A stretch of 64,000 bases of DNA from Deferribacterales bacterium (GTDB lineage Bacteria > Chrysiogenota > Deferribacteres > Deferribacterales > Geovibrionaceae), in NCBI GenBank assembly GCA_050251945.1, contig JBFWLW010000011.1, forward strand, positions 1 through 64,000. Reading direction: 5' to 3'. Positions 8,520-19,500 of this stretch are shown here, piece by piece. The notes under the pieces are model-generated. The model had not been told where the DNA came from, ran no database searches, and was given only the letters and a program-made list of their open reading frames with translations. Made by a program: the position numbers and the translations under genes. How positions within the stretch are numbered: the stretch's first letter is position 1; each line of letters opens with the position of its first letter.

Positions 8520-10739
8520 TTATCCTATCGCTTTTTCATCTCTTTGCTTTATCTGCCCGCGCACGAGGATGGCGGCGGTCACCATATTCTGCAAAGCCGA
8601 AACGGTTTCTCCCCAGCCTCTAGTTTTCAGCCCGCAGTCGGGGTTGACCCAAACCTGTTCCGCGGGGATATATTTCAATATAAGGTTTATTCTGCCTGAA
8701 AGTTCTGTTGCTGTTGGAATGCGGCTGCTGTGTATGTCGTACAAACCGGCTCCGATACCGCTTTCATAACCGCTGTATTTGAAACTTTCCAAAACGGTCA
8801 TGCCGCTTCTGCCTGCTTCAACGCTTATTACGTCTGCATCAAGTCTCTTTATATAGGGCATTGTATGGCTGAATTCACTGTAACACATGTGTGTATGCAC
8901 CTGCGTACTGTCCTTTAATACGGAGGTTATCAGACGGAAACATCGCACAGCATCATCAAAATATTGGTCATGAAGATTTTTATCAAGCGGCATGGCTTCC
9001 ATAAACGCAGGTTCATCTATCTGAATTATTGGTATCCCCGCCTTTTCAAGCTCAAGCGCTTCCTCCCGCAATGCCATAGCTATCTGTTCCCAAACGGTCT
9101 CCTGCGGCAGGTCTTCGCGCATATAGCTCCATTTGGCTATGGTGACAGGACCTGTCAGTATGGCTTTTACAGGCTTGTTGGTAAGCGATGCGGCATATTT
9201 TATCCATTTCAGTGTTATGGGCTTTACGCGCTTAACATCGCTGTGTATTACAGGAGGCTTAACACATCTGCTGCCGTAGCTCTGTACCCATCCGTTTTCC
9301 AGAAAACAGAAACCCTCAAGATTTTCTCCGAAGTATTCTGCCATATCACTTCGTTCCGGCTCACCGTGAACCAGTACGTCCAGCCCGAGTTTAAGCTGGT
9401 GACGGATGTTTGAGTATATCTCTTGTTTTATTGCGCTTTCATAATTTTCTTCGCCTATTTCGCCGCTTTTTAATTTTTTCCGCAGGCTCCTTATATGCTG
9501 TGTCTGGGGAAAAGAGCCTATTGTGGTTGTCGGCAGAAGCGGGAGTTTAAGTTTTTCCGCCTGAATTCTCTTTCTGACACTATAAGGACTTCTGTCGGAT
9601 GTTATTTCAGTTTTGACGGGAAGGATTGACGCCGTAAAACCTATGTCGCCTGCCATATGTGCGGGCAATGAAGCAATCTCCCTGCATTTTTGAACGGCGA
9701 AAGCCATTTGGTTTTTCAGTTTGCTGTCCAGTTTATGCTCGTTCCTTATATCCACAGGACAATGAAGGAGCGAACAGGACGATGCACAGAGAACCCTGTT
9801 TTCACCCAGTCTGTTTGTCAGCATGTCCAGTATGCCCTTTGCTCTGCCCATGTCCGTTTTCCATATATTGCGTCCGTTTACAACTCCGGCGGACACCGAC
9901 ATATGAGCGGGCAGCTCGCTGATGTGTTCCTTAAGGTCATGTTTTAAGCTCGTTATGTCCAGATGGATAACATCATACCCTGATTCATATATCGGTGTCG
10001 AATTTAAGAGGGGGTCGCCGAAGTATGTTGTCAGCATCAGTTTTCTGTCCGATGCCGCATCTTTTATTTTTCTGTGGGCAGGAATGAAAGACAGCCATGC
10101 ATCCTTTTCCAGTTCTGTACAGAGGATGGGTTCATCAATCTGGATAAATCTGCACTCTGCAGGCAGCTGTTTTATTGCGACGCTGTAAACTTCTGCCAGC
10201 TCATCCATCAGCTCCCATTTGTTCTTTACCCATAACGGATTTGAAAGCGCCAGAAATGTCGCAGGACCTATAAATACAGCTTTCGGGGCATATCCGTGCT
10301 TAAGAGCCAATGACGTGTCGGATGTTATCCGGGAAAAATCAGGCTCCTGACGGAATTTGATGTCCGGTTCCGGAACGATATAATGATAGTTTGTGTTGAA
10401 CCATTTTTTCATTGGGAGCGCGTGGAGGTTTCGCAGAGCATCTCCGCGAGCCATTGCGAAATATGTTTCCGTTTTGCTCATGCCGTTGAACATGTAACGA
10501 CCGGGTAGCAGCCCCAGCATGAACATTGTGTCCAGCATGCGATCGTAAAATGAAAAATCTCCTGCCGTGACATATGACAGTCCGGCTTCTTTCTGGACAC
10601 GGAATGATTCCAGTTTCAGAGTTTCAGCGGTTTTTTCAAGTTCAGTTAGTGATTTTTTGCCTGCCCAGAAATCTTCGAGGGCGAATTTCAGTTCTCTTTC
10701 GGAACCGATTGACGGGAAACCGAGGATGTGTGATTGCAT
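8520..10739 (-). CDS. metE: Cobalamin-independent methionine synthase
   Basis: KWFNTNYHY, TTTIGSFPQT, HTHMCYSEF and WVNPDCGLKTR motifs, with Zn ligands intact. Start at MQSHILG after GGAG. Confidence 0.95.
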   Translation of the reverse strand: MQSHILGFPSIGSERELKFALEDFWAGKKSLTELEKTAETLKLESFRVQKEAGLSYVTAGDFSFYDRMLDTMFMLGLLPGRYMFNGMSKTETYFAMARGDALRNLHALPMKKWFNTNYHYIVPEPDIKFRQEPDFSRITSDTSLALKHGYAPKAVFIGPATFLALSNPLWVKNKWELMDELAEVYSVAIKQLPAECRFIQIDEPILCTELEKDAWLSFIPAHRKIKDAASDRKLMLTTYFGDPLLNSTPIYESGYDVIHLDITSLKHDLKEHISELPAHMSVSAGVVNGRNIWKTDMGRAKGILDMLTNRLGENRVLCASSCSLLHCPVDIRNEHKLDSKLKNQMAFAVQKCREIASLPAHMAGDIGFTASILPVKTEITSDRSPYSVRKRIQAEKLKLPLLPTTTIGSFPQTQHIRSLRKKLKSGEIGEENYESAIKQEIYSNIRHQLKLGLDVLVHGEPERSDMAEYFGENLEGFCFLENGWVQSYGSRCVKPPVIHSDVKRVKPITLKWIKYAASLTNKPVKAILTGPVTIAKWSYMREDLPQETVWEQIAMALREEALELEKAGIPIIQIDEPAFMEAMPLDKNLHDQYFDDAVRCFRLITSVLKDSTQVHTHMCYSEFSHTMPYIKRLDADVISVEAGRSGMTVLESFKYSGYESGIGAGLYDIHSSRIPTATELSGRINLILKYIPAEQVWVNPDCGLKTRGWGETVSALQNMVTAAILVRGQIKQRDEKAIG

Positions 10740-10869
10740 TTGAAAAGCTCCTTTCAAAATATTTTGAAAAAGAGCAGGACAAATTGTGCCGCATATGAAG
10801 AACGGCAGAAAACGTTATGTAGTTTTCTGCGTATCTGTCTGTAACGCGAGACAGTCCGGCTCCTTACAG

Positions 10870-11010
10870 ATCCGGGTCGTCTTCTGGCTTCCGGCTCCCT
10901 CTGTGCCTTGTCCTTCCCGATGTTATCAGTGGACAGAGGCGGGATAAATGCCGGTTACAGCGGCGCGTCCGCGACGGATTTTCACCGTCTTCCGTTTCCC
11001 GTTCTGTGTG
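10870..11010 (-). promoter_or_regulatory. Cobalamin (B12) riboswitch
   Basis: Minus strand carries GGTGAAAATCC, CGCCGCTGTAA, CCACTG, GGGAAGG and the B12 box AGCCAGAAGAC, upstream of metE. Confidence 0.9.
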
Positions 11011-11184
11011 TGTTAAAGTTTATATCCTCTTTAATTTAAAAAATCAAAAGAAAATTTTTCCGGCAGTTTTTTCCTTCCGTTTATAAAAGGGGGTAATTTA
11101 CTCCATATTTTGCCTGTTTTTTGACCATTTTTTTGGCACGCGTTTTGATATGTATTATTCGTAACAAATATCGGGGGCAAGAAA

Positions 11185-11586
11185 ATGGCACAACTTGCAG
11201 CAACAAAGGCAGGCGGTCACGGAGTTGAATACGGATTCGATATTCATGTGGCTGCGCCCGAGGAAAGAATTTTAGACAGGGTTTATGACTTCCCCGAAGC
11301 TCTGCCCGAAAAAGCGATGGATATGCTGGTTGATCTGGCAAGCGACGATTCCATTTCAAACAGAGAGATGGATTTCATTTACTTCCAGATAATCACACTG
11401 CCGATGATGGCGGCTTCAGGAATGTTCGCAGACCAGAAGCAAAGGTTCCTCGCAGAAAACAAGTGCAGTTTCAAAGATTATGTTCGATACAGACTGAACC
11501 GGCTGAGCCATTTGTCTGCAAACGGCTATGACAGACGGTTTTGCGAGCGTATCAGGCAGCTCCTCTGGAGATTCACTGTCGTTTGA
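11185..11586 (+). CDS. Hypothetical protein
   Basis: 133-aa ORF with a G-rich RBS and a downstream hairpin at about 11647..11668. Confidence 0.65.
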   Translation: MAQLAATKAGGHGVEYGFDIHVAAPEERILDRVYDFPEALPEKAMDMLVDLASDDSISNREMDFIYFQIITLPMMAASGMFADQKQRFLAENKCSFKDYVRYRLNRLSHLSANGYDRRFCERIRQLLWRFTVV

Positions 11587-11684
11587 CCTCGCCTGAGTCT
11601 TTAAACACGGCGTCGAAAGCGTGACTTGTTCACGAAATACTGTCCTGGGGGTGTGATGATGCACCCCCGTCCTATTTTTAGGGT

Positions 11685-11772
11685 TGTTGTAGTTTTCTAA
11701 TTAAGTTCGACACTTTTCTAATTAGTCTGGCAATTTTCTATTTAGTTCGACATTTTTCTAATTAGTTCGACA
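11685..11772 (+). mobile_element. Tn7/Tn5053(Tn402)-like transposon end
   Basis: 8-bp terminus TGTTGTAG followed by four ~19-bp direct repeats (consensus TTTTCTAATTAGTTCGACA) at ~20-bp period. Confidence 0.7.
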
Positions 11773-11856
11773 TTTAATTTTGTGGGTGTTATACTATGGT
11801 AAAATTCTCTCTAGGTGGTCACATGACTGATCTTTCTTAAGGACAACCTCAATTTA

Positions 11857-12591
11857 GTGAATATGAATAGCTACACAAAACATCACATTTTAAAATTTTA
11901 TAAAAAATATGAGAGTCGTTCTTTTGACCAAGACGACGTTGCTTTATTCATCGTACTAGCTCGTGATTATACACCGAAAGGTTCCATATTTCGAGAGTTG
12001 GGCGATTTTCTTGGACATCCAGATAAGAAAGATCGTGGCATAGTAATTGACAGCTATAGCGAAGTGATAAAACTTTTCGACCAAGAGGCTGAAATATTTT
12101 TCGATGAAAGGCATGATGAAATTAATATGAAGCCTCCAAAAGGATTAGGTCTTACTGAAGAAATTCATGCTAGTTTATGTGATGTTTTTGCTTTAGTGGG
12201 GTTGACTGATGTTGCCAAAGATAGAAATTATCTCCCCTTTAGAGATTTTGTTTTCTGTTTAATATTTTTATTGAGCAATTTTAAACTTGAAATAAATGAT
12301 AAGCTACACAATATGGTTGTTGATTATGGACATAGCGTATCATTGACAATATCGTATGAAAGTAAGCAATACCCAAGAAACTATATCAAACTTAACGTTA
12401 TTTTTTTGGGTAATGTTAATACTATGTCAATATATACGGATTTACATGAAAAACTTGAGAATCACATTGTTCGTCGCTTTGATAACGGCCTGCTAGGTGC
12501 GATTCCGTATGATATTGACAATAACTCTTTTTGTAAGGGCATGAGTAATCTTGATGGAGGCATTTGTTGGCCATTGCCCAATTACAGATAG
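11857..12591 (+). CDS. Hypothetical protein (AT-rich, probably foreign)
   Basis: 244-aa ORF directly inside the transposon-like end; visibly AT-richer than its neighbours. Confidence 0.75.
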   Translation: MNMNSYTKHHILKFYKKYESRSFDQDDVALFIVLARDYTPKGSIFRELGDFLGHPDKKDRGIVIDSYSEVIKLFDQEAEIFFDERHDEINMKPPKGLGLTEEIHASLCDVFALVGLTDVAKDRNYLPFRDFVFCLIFLLSNFKLEINDKLHNMVVDYGHSVSLTISYESKQYPRNYIKLNVIFLGNVNTMSIYTDLHEKLENHIVRRFDNGLLGAIPYDIDNNSFCKGMSNLDGGICWPLPNYR

Positions 12592-12639
12592 CTGAACTGT
12601 AACCCTCCCATAAAATAGCTTCAGCAATAGCTAGGGATT

Positions 12640-13332
12640 TCAGCTTCTATAATTTATTATTCTTGCGCCTGATATTTCGTATACTTCTTTTATCTTTTCT
12701 CCATCCCATTTGTATTTGAGATATTTTGATTCGTTGCAGTTGCTTATAACTCCTTTAGGTCTGAAAACAGCAACGTTTGTTCCTCCGGTATACCTGACAC
12801 TGGAATAGACTATTCCGTATTCTCCGGCATCTTTTTGGTAATGTCCGAATACCTGAGATTCAGTGTATGAGTTTAAAGAGTAGTAGTCTTTATATTGATT
12901 CATATCTCTTATATCAATGAAGTTACCTGATATCTCTACTGTGTAGACACGCATTTCTATCTCACACGGCGGCTCTTGGACAGATTCATAATATTTAGCT
13001 TTATGGTATGCTGTTTCGTATATGGCACATTCAAGCGAATCAGCGGCGTAGAAGGCACCGAACGTCCCATCCGTAAATCTGTCGCCTTCCTGTTTGATAT
13101 GGGTGAATGCAGCCATGATTGGAGTTGAGCCTTCGCCAAGCACCCACTCCTCTTTTGGCAGTAAGCCCATATCTCCCACGTCTGATAATCTTGGATTGGT
13201 TAGAGATTCAAGTTCATATAATGCATCAAAATCTTCAGGATCTGCAACATCCTCAAAGAGAAAAATGGACGGGTAGCAGGACGGAATAATGCGGTACCCC
13301 GGACTGAACTCAACAAATGAATGTGCTACCAT
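12640..13332 (-). CDS. RES-domain toxin (NAD+-targeting family)
   Basis: RFTDGTFGAFYAA, AIYET and GIVYSSVR provide the R-E-S residues; coupled to the upstream antitoxin. Confidence 0.9.
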   Translation of the reverse strand: MVAHSFVEFSPGYRIIPSCYPSIFLFEDVADPEDFDALYELESLTNPRLSDVGDMGLLPKEEWVLGEGSTPIMAAFTHIKQEGDRFTDGTFGAFYAADSLECAIYETAYHKAKYYESVQEPPCEIEMRVYTVEISGNFIDIRDMNQYKDYYSLNSYTESQVFGHYQKDAGEYGIVYSSVRYTGGTNVAVFRPKGVISNCNESKYLKYKWDGEKIKEVYEISGARIINYRS

Positions 13333-13736
13333 CCTCTTTGACCATCAAAGAACTGTCTGACATGGTACAAATCCATTACTCTGCCGTTAAGCATTATCTC
13401 CAAGGGAGATTTCCCTTTGAACAGACCATTTTGTATATTGCGAGTGACGACATTATACACGGAATCGTTGCGATGCAGTATTCTGAGGCTTTTATGTATC
13501 CCCAGAATATATGAAATTCTCTCAAGTTTATCTTTGTCCAGTTTAACGTTCCCTTCTTTTTTCCATTTATGAAAGGTGGATTCGGGAACGTCTCCCAGAA
13601 GTATTCTCTGTTGCTGGACGTTAAGTCCCCATTTCTCGGTTATATTCAGGAATGCTTTAAAACCGGCATTCGCCATATCTGCCTCAGAGATTGTGCTTTG
13701 CTGTGTCAGGTTAGCTGTTGCCATGTTATTCTCCAT
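13326..13736 (-). CDS. Xre/MbcA/ParS-family antitoxin
   Basis: HTH (WGLNVQQQRILLG..STFHKW), LERISYILGIHKSL and FKGKSPLEIM motifs; overlaps the RES gene start. Confidence 0.9.
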   Translation of the reverse strand: MENNMATANLTQQSTISEADMANAGFKAFLNITEKWGLNVQQQRILLGDVPESTFHKWKKEGNVKLDKDKLERISYILGIHKSLRILHRNDSVYNVVTRNIQNGLFKGKSPLEIMLNGRVMDLYHVRQFFDGQRGW

Positions 13737-14128
13737 TTAGAAAGTATATTTATATTATACTCCAAAACGGGAGTGATGCAACATTCTATTACGTATTTAT
13801 AATGAAAGACGACAAAATTCAAATTACGCAATCTGCTTTATGCAATTTGCATAATTGGCTTGATTCGTGTGCTTTATGAGTATGACCAGTTTCCAACTTA
13901 ATTAAAAAGCTGCATAATAAACTATTTCACTTTGACGGCTGGAAGGAGATTTATGTGACCGATGATGAAAGAAAAATGTCATATTTCAGGCGGAAAAGTT
14001 TCAAAAATTGCATCTGAGGGGCTGGTGCAATTTATTCGGAATAAAATCAATCACCTTATTTTCTGATTGAAATGCTCAATGAATATATTCATTATAATAT
14101 AATCAAATATTTATTGGCAGGTGCCGTT

Positions 14129-14566
14129 ATGAAGTATATCACTATCTTTCTTCTGTTCCTTTTGTCGTTAGGTGTTTACGCGGATACAGTTCAGAATGTT
14201 GAGAAAGGGGAAAAAGAAGGCTCTGTATCAAAAAGATGGGTCATGGATATTCTGGAGAAGGGCAGCGTTGACAATGTCGTCTTTATGGATGCCAGACCTA
14301 TGAATTTCTATACCAAACAGCATACTGATACGATAGGTTATCTTGACCCCGATATTTTTTATGAGGATGGCGGCTGCGAAAAGGCATTGTCCATGATACC
14401 TAAGGATAAAATCGTCATACTCATCTGCCCGGGACCACGCGCACAGGAATCATATCAGAATCTTACCGACTCAACTGCTGGCGGCGGCTGTGGATATACC
14501 GGAGGCAACGTGTACTGGATACGTACTAACGTTGTGTACCACAAAGACCATATTGAGGTGAAATAA
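14129..14566 (+). CDS. Secreted rhodanese-like domain protein
   Basis: Signal peptide, FMDARP..Y...H motif and IPKDKIVILIC active-site loop. Confidence 0.7.
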   Translation: MKYITIFLLFLLSLGVYADTVQNVEKGEKEGSVSKRWVMDILEKGSVDNVVFMDARPMNFYTKQHTDTIGYLDPDIFYEDGGCEKALSMIPKDKIVILICPGPRAQESYQNLTDSTAGGGCGYTGGNVYWIRTNVVYHKDHIEVK

Positions 14567-14687
14567 ACGCACTGATACGATTGTATGTACAAATAACCTT
14601 GCGGATCAATAATTACATAAAGGTTTCTTAATTTGCACACCTCTGCGGTTTACAATTATCTGACATTTTCTGTACAGAGGTTGGATC

Positions 14688-16490
14688 ATGCGAAATATCA
14701 TTTTTATACTTTGTGTATCTGCTTTGCTTGTTTCTTGCGGCGGGGGAGGAGGCAGCAGCACAACTACAGACACCGACAGCAGTTCTGTTTCGGGTTCTTC
14801 AAACAGTTCCACAACGTCAGATACGGAAAGTGAGGACTTTGAAACCAACACGGATACAAGTCTGGTCAGGAGCGATGCGGTTACTATAGAATACAACGAT
14901 GGCAGTGTTACCATCAACAATCCTTTTGAATCATCCGGTGTTACAGTATCAAAATCCGGTGCTGTTGTTGAGATAAATTCCACGGTCAGTTCAACCGAGA
15001 TCAATTATGTTGTTTCGGGCACATCTGATAACGCTTCTCTTAAAATATACAGCGATTACAAGTTCAATCTTGTTCTTAACGGCGTCGATATAACCAGTGA
15101 AGACGGTTCAGCCGTTAACATTCAGTCGAGTAAAAAAACCACTGTGGAGCTTGTTGACGGGACATCCAATCGTCTTATAGACAGCGATACATATACCGCA
15201 TATGGCGATGAAGATATGAAGGGTACTCTTTTCAGCGAAGGTCAGCTTTTTTTTACGGGAGACGGGACCTTAAGGGTAAAAAGCGGCACCAAGCATGCGA
15301 TAGTCAGCGATGATTATGTAAAGATTGAGAGCGGAACCATTACTGTTTCTGGCGCGGGAAAAGACGGCATCCATGCTAACGATTATTTTGAAATGACAGG
15401 AGGCACGTTGAATATCACATCCGAAGGAGACGGGATAGACAGCGAAGGCTATATTCTGATAGATTCCGGAACCTTAACCGTTTCTGCTACAGGAGATGCG
15501 TCAAAAGCAGTGAAAAGCGACGGCGATACCACAATAAACGGCGGAGAGCTTACGCTCAGCACAAGCGGTGACGCATATTTCGATACTGATGATCAGGATA
15601 CCACCTCATCGGCTGGGATAAAAGCTGACGGCATCTTTACTGTTAACGGCGGGACAATAACTATTTCCAGCACAGGCACTGGCGGTAAAGGCATCAGCGC
15701 CGACGGTGATATAGTTATGACTGATGGAACTGTAACCGTTACCACTTCCGGAAGTCAGTATATATATTCATCGACTGTAGACACAGCCGCAAAAGGTGTC
15801 AAAAGTGACAGTAATGTGACTATAAGTGGAGGTCAGCTTACAATAGAAACCAGTACGACCGAGGCTGAAGGACTTGAAAGTAAGGATACTCTCATAATAA
15901 ACGGAGGAACTGTTGAAATTACCGCGTACGATGATGCCATTAACGCCTCAAACAGCGTTGAGATAAACGGTGGCAGTGTTTATGCATACAGCACGGTTAA
16001 CGACGCCATAGATTCAAACGGAACCATGGCAATCACCGGGGGGGTTATAGTTGCATCCGGCAGTGCTGCTCCTGAGGCTGGATTTGACTGCGACAACTCA
16101 TCTTTTATAATAACAGGCGGCATACTTATAGGCACGGGAGGCTCGACCAGCACACCGACAACAGGTTCATCCTATCAGAATTCAGTGGTATACACTGCGC
16201 AGGTGTCGCAGAACACAACTATTCATGTGCAGAGTTCGGGTGGAACGGACATTCTTTCATATAAAATGCCGCGTTCATATTCCGGCAGCTCAGTGATATT
16301 ATTCAGTGCGCCGGGGCTTGCAACAGGAACAACTTATAATATTTATACAGGCGGGACATCTTCCGGTTCGTCGTCGTTTCACGGGCTTTATACTGCAGAG
16401 GCATATTCCGGCGGTACTTCAGCAACATCGTTCACAATAAGCTCGAATGTGACAACGGTAGGAAGTTCTTCCGGCAGCGGGCGACCATAG
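14688..16490 (+). CDS. Lipoprotein with Cthe_2159/DUF4353-like beta-helix domain
   Basis: Lipobox LVSC, Ser/Gly/Thr linker, and repeated DGI..-I.GG.I.I beta-helix units. Confidence 0.8.
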   Translation: MRNIIFILCVSALLVSCGGGGGSSTTTDTDSSSVSGSSNSSTTSDTESEDFETNTDTSLVRSDAVTIEYNDGSVTINNPFESSGVTVSKSGAVVEINSTVSSTEINYVVSGTSDNASLKIYSDYKFNLVLNGVDITSEDGSAVNIQSSKKTTVELVDGTSNRLIDSDTYTAYGDEDMKGTLFSEGQLFFTGDGTLRVKSGTKHAIVSDDYVKIESGTITVSGAGKDGIHANDYFEMTGGTLNITSEGDGIDSEGYILIDSGTLTVSATGDASKAVKSDGDTTINGGELTLSTSGDAYFDTDDQDTTSSAGIKADGIFTVNGGTITISSTGTGGKGISADGDIVMTDGTVTVTTSGSQYIYSSTVDTAAKGVKSDSNVTISGGQLTIETSTTEAEGLESKDTLIINGGTVEITAYDDAINASNSVEINGGSVYAYSTVNDAIDSNGTMAITGGVIVASGSAAPEAGFDCDNSSFIITGGILIGTGGSTSTPTTGSSYQNSVVYTAQVSQNTTIHVQSSGGTDILSYKMPRSYSGSSVILFSAPGLATGTTYNIYTGGTSSGSSSFHGLYTAEAYSGGTSATSFTISSNVTTVGSSSGSGRP

Positions 16491-16499
16491 GACAAAAAG

Positions 16500-16523
16500 A
16501 AGGCTCCGTTTCGGCGGAGCCTT
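16500..16523. terminator. Intrinsic terminator between convergent genes
   Basis: AAGGCTCCG-TTTCGG-CGGAGCCTT hairpin preceded by an A-tract. Confidence 0.75.
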
Positions 16524-16537
16524 AAACTTTCATCAAT

Positions 16538-19500
16538 TTAATTGGTTGGCCAGTATTTTAAAGCAGTCGCTGCTTCAAGTAAGATGGTTTTAACCTTGGG
16601 GTCTTTGAATACAGGATAATTTTTAATCTCGTTTTTCATATTCGGATTTGATATCTGGACATTTTCCGGCAGTCCGAATACATGGTAGGAAATATCTTCC
16701 GGCAGATCAGGCTCAACATATTTTTTTACAAAGTCATAATCTTCATAGGCAAAACTTACGCCTTCAGCATGAGATGATTTAATTTTGCCGGCTATTACAG
16801 AGGCATATTTTTCATCACGGGGCTGATCCGAAGCGGATTTAGTTTTTATGTAGTATGAAGTATTCCAGCCGTTCTTGCTGAACTTATCCAGTCCGTTTTC
16901 CCACGATTCTATTAATGCTCTATGTTTTATATGATATTTTATATCCAATTTTTCAAACGTATTTAAAGAATAGCCGATATCTTTATTTTCAGGCGACTTT
17001 ATATCAAACCAAAGTCTCTTAAATTGTTTAACAGGTTTTATATTAAGGAAACTCTCAACAGAAGTATCAAATACATATTCAGGATAATGACCTATGTGCA
17101 TATTTTCGAGTGCAACGTTGAACTCAATTCCCTGAAATCCCAAAATATATGACTGGTATGTTTTAGCAGAAATATCATTGTTCGATGACAGTATCTTATC
17201 CGGGAAATGACTGTTAAGGTATTCCAGATTTTTTTTAGATATATACTCTGGGTCGTTTTTAACATATTTTGCCGTTGTCATCGTATAGTAAGTGGTATCT
17301 TCGTCCGGAGACTTCTGCATTGTCAGTGCATTATTTTCGTTTATTTTGTAATTCTGTTTAAGCAGACTGTACCCTTTTTCAAAATGACTGGATTTGATCT
17401 GATAAATATCAAGCAGGGTATTGAATAAAAGGTCGTTTGTGAAAACGAAACTCTCTCTGCTTTTTAAAGTGTCGTAATCGGATTTCATTACATTGTTTTT
17501 AAACCTGTCTGAAAAAGTCATGAAAAGAGGGATCCTTACCATGGGATATGAAAAATTGGCGGAGTTATGAAATTTTTGTCCGAATACATCTTCGCCATGA
17601 TCTGAAAAATATACGAAACTGTCGACAAAATCATATTTTTCAATGGTGGCGTTATGAAGATTTTGCAGTATATAGTCGGTTTGCCTTATTGTTGAGTCGT
17701 AGGGGTTAAGAATATTATCAGTAAAAGCTTTGTCATCAGCCAAATTGCCTATACTGCTCTGCTCTTTGTCCTTATATCTGAATTTCTCATATTTCAGTCT
17801 TTGGTTATAGTCGGCGTGTGACCCCATAAGATGTATCACGATAAGGTTATTTTTCGATCTATCAATATCTTTCATAAGATTTTGTACTGTTTTGATTATA
17901 TGCCCGCCCTCTTCGACGTATTTAACTTTCCGGCTTTCATTAATGATCATACTTAACGGGGTGTCTATCATAGCTCCATGCTGTTCGCTTATCCAATAGG
18001 TATTGAACCCTGCCTTATTTGCTATATCAATTATTGATATAGCTTGATTCTGTTTGTACTTATTATACTGGTTAGCTTCCGTCAGGGTTTTCATAATTGA
18101 AGGAATAGTATGGCAGTAGGGTGCGTAGGTATTGGTTAACAATACTATATTGTCAGCATCATCCGCTGATTCTTTTGAAAGCCACGGTGTTGTATTGCGG
18201 AAATATCCATAGGCTCCCATATGATCTCTGTTTTCGGATTCTCCTATAACTATTATGTGAGTGCCTTTCATGTTGTTCGTGACCGACAGGTCAAAATTGA
18301 TCTGTCTTCTTTTTGCTGACATTTTTTTCATTTCGCTCACAATCTGGGAGTATCTTTCAAACCCTGCGTAGATTGCTTTCGGATATGTCGGGACGGTAGG
18401 AATAAGAAAATAAAAAGCGATAATTATTACAAAAGAATATATCAGCAGGTAGTTGCGTTTCCACAAAGGGGTGATGAACCGTTCCGCTGCAAATAAAATT
18501 ACCGTACCTGCAAAGGGGATGATAATCATAACAGCGAGAGCGGAATACCCAAGATTTGTAATTATAAATTGTGAGCTTTCAGTCACGGAACTCTGGTATA
18601 TTGCGGCAATTTCGTCAAGACTTAACCCGTAAGGACTTCTGACCTGGTTTGATATTTTTCCCAGCATGTACAAGGCAGAAGATAAGTACATCGATAAATA
18701 ACCGCAGAAAGCGGCATATATAACTGTTTGCCCTGTGACTGAGATTGCTTTGCTGCGTATTTTACGCATAAAAGCGATCAGAAAAATAAATAACAGTACC
18801 GTAAGCAGTATGTTGCTGAACCGGAAGAACGCATTTTCGCCCACAAGAAAGGATTCCGCAGTAAATATTAGGAGGGATATGACTAACGTGAATAAGAAAA
18901 AAACATACACCCTTTTCATAATCGGTTTGTAATTTGTCGCGTTTTTTCTGCTGATGGAAACGAATCCAAACATGGATATTACGAGAAATATAAGATATAG
19001 AAATATCGGGATACTTCCTTTTTGAATGGTAAAATTTTTGATTTTTCCATGAAAAACCCTATCTTCAAAAGCTTTTCCGGCAATAACCCTGCTGAATTTA
19101 GGCTGCATATTTACATCATTCAGACTGCTGAGACATATCCCGTTGACAAATACATCTATTCTGTTTTTGTCATGCATATAGTTCACTGCGACATGGTGCC
19201 ATTTTGATTCACTGGGTATAGTCCCTAGATCAACGCTTTTAAGCGTCCCAAGCTTGTTGGTATATATCAGTCCCCATAACGTGTCGTTTTCCGACTTTCT
19301 TGCCAGTTCAATTCTGATGCCGTCATTCCAGTTTGCTGTTTGAAAAATATTTTCGTATCTTATCCCTTCAAACCTTTCTTTAACCGGATCAATCAACATA
19401 TCAAACTTTATTGAAAAATCCTTTTTTATAGACAGCTTATGTTCAAGCGACTTTGTTTGATTGTAATCGGTATAATCGGGAAGAGTGTATTGCGAGAAGT

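Noticed and set aside
11600..11684. glmS-like attTn7 site next to the transposon end
   Set aside because: The upstream gene is not glmS and the resemblance (AAAGCGTGACT) is too short.
11693..11772. Four ~19-bp repeats as a CRISPR array
   Set aside because: The repeats abut with 1-nt gaps, there are no spacers and no cas genes; a transposon end fits better.
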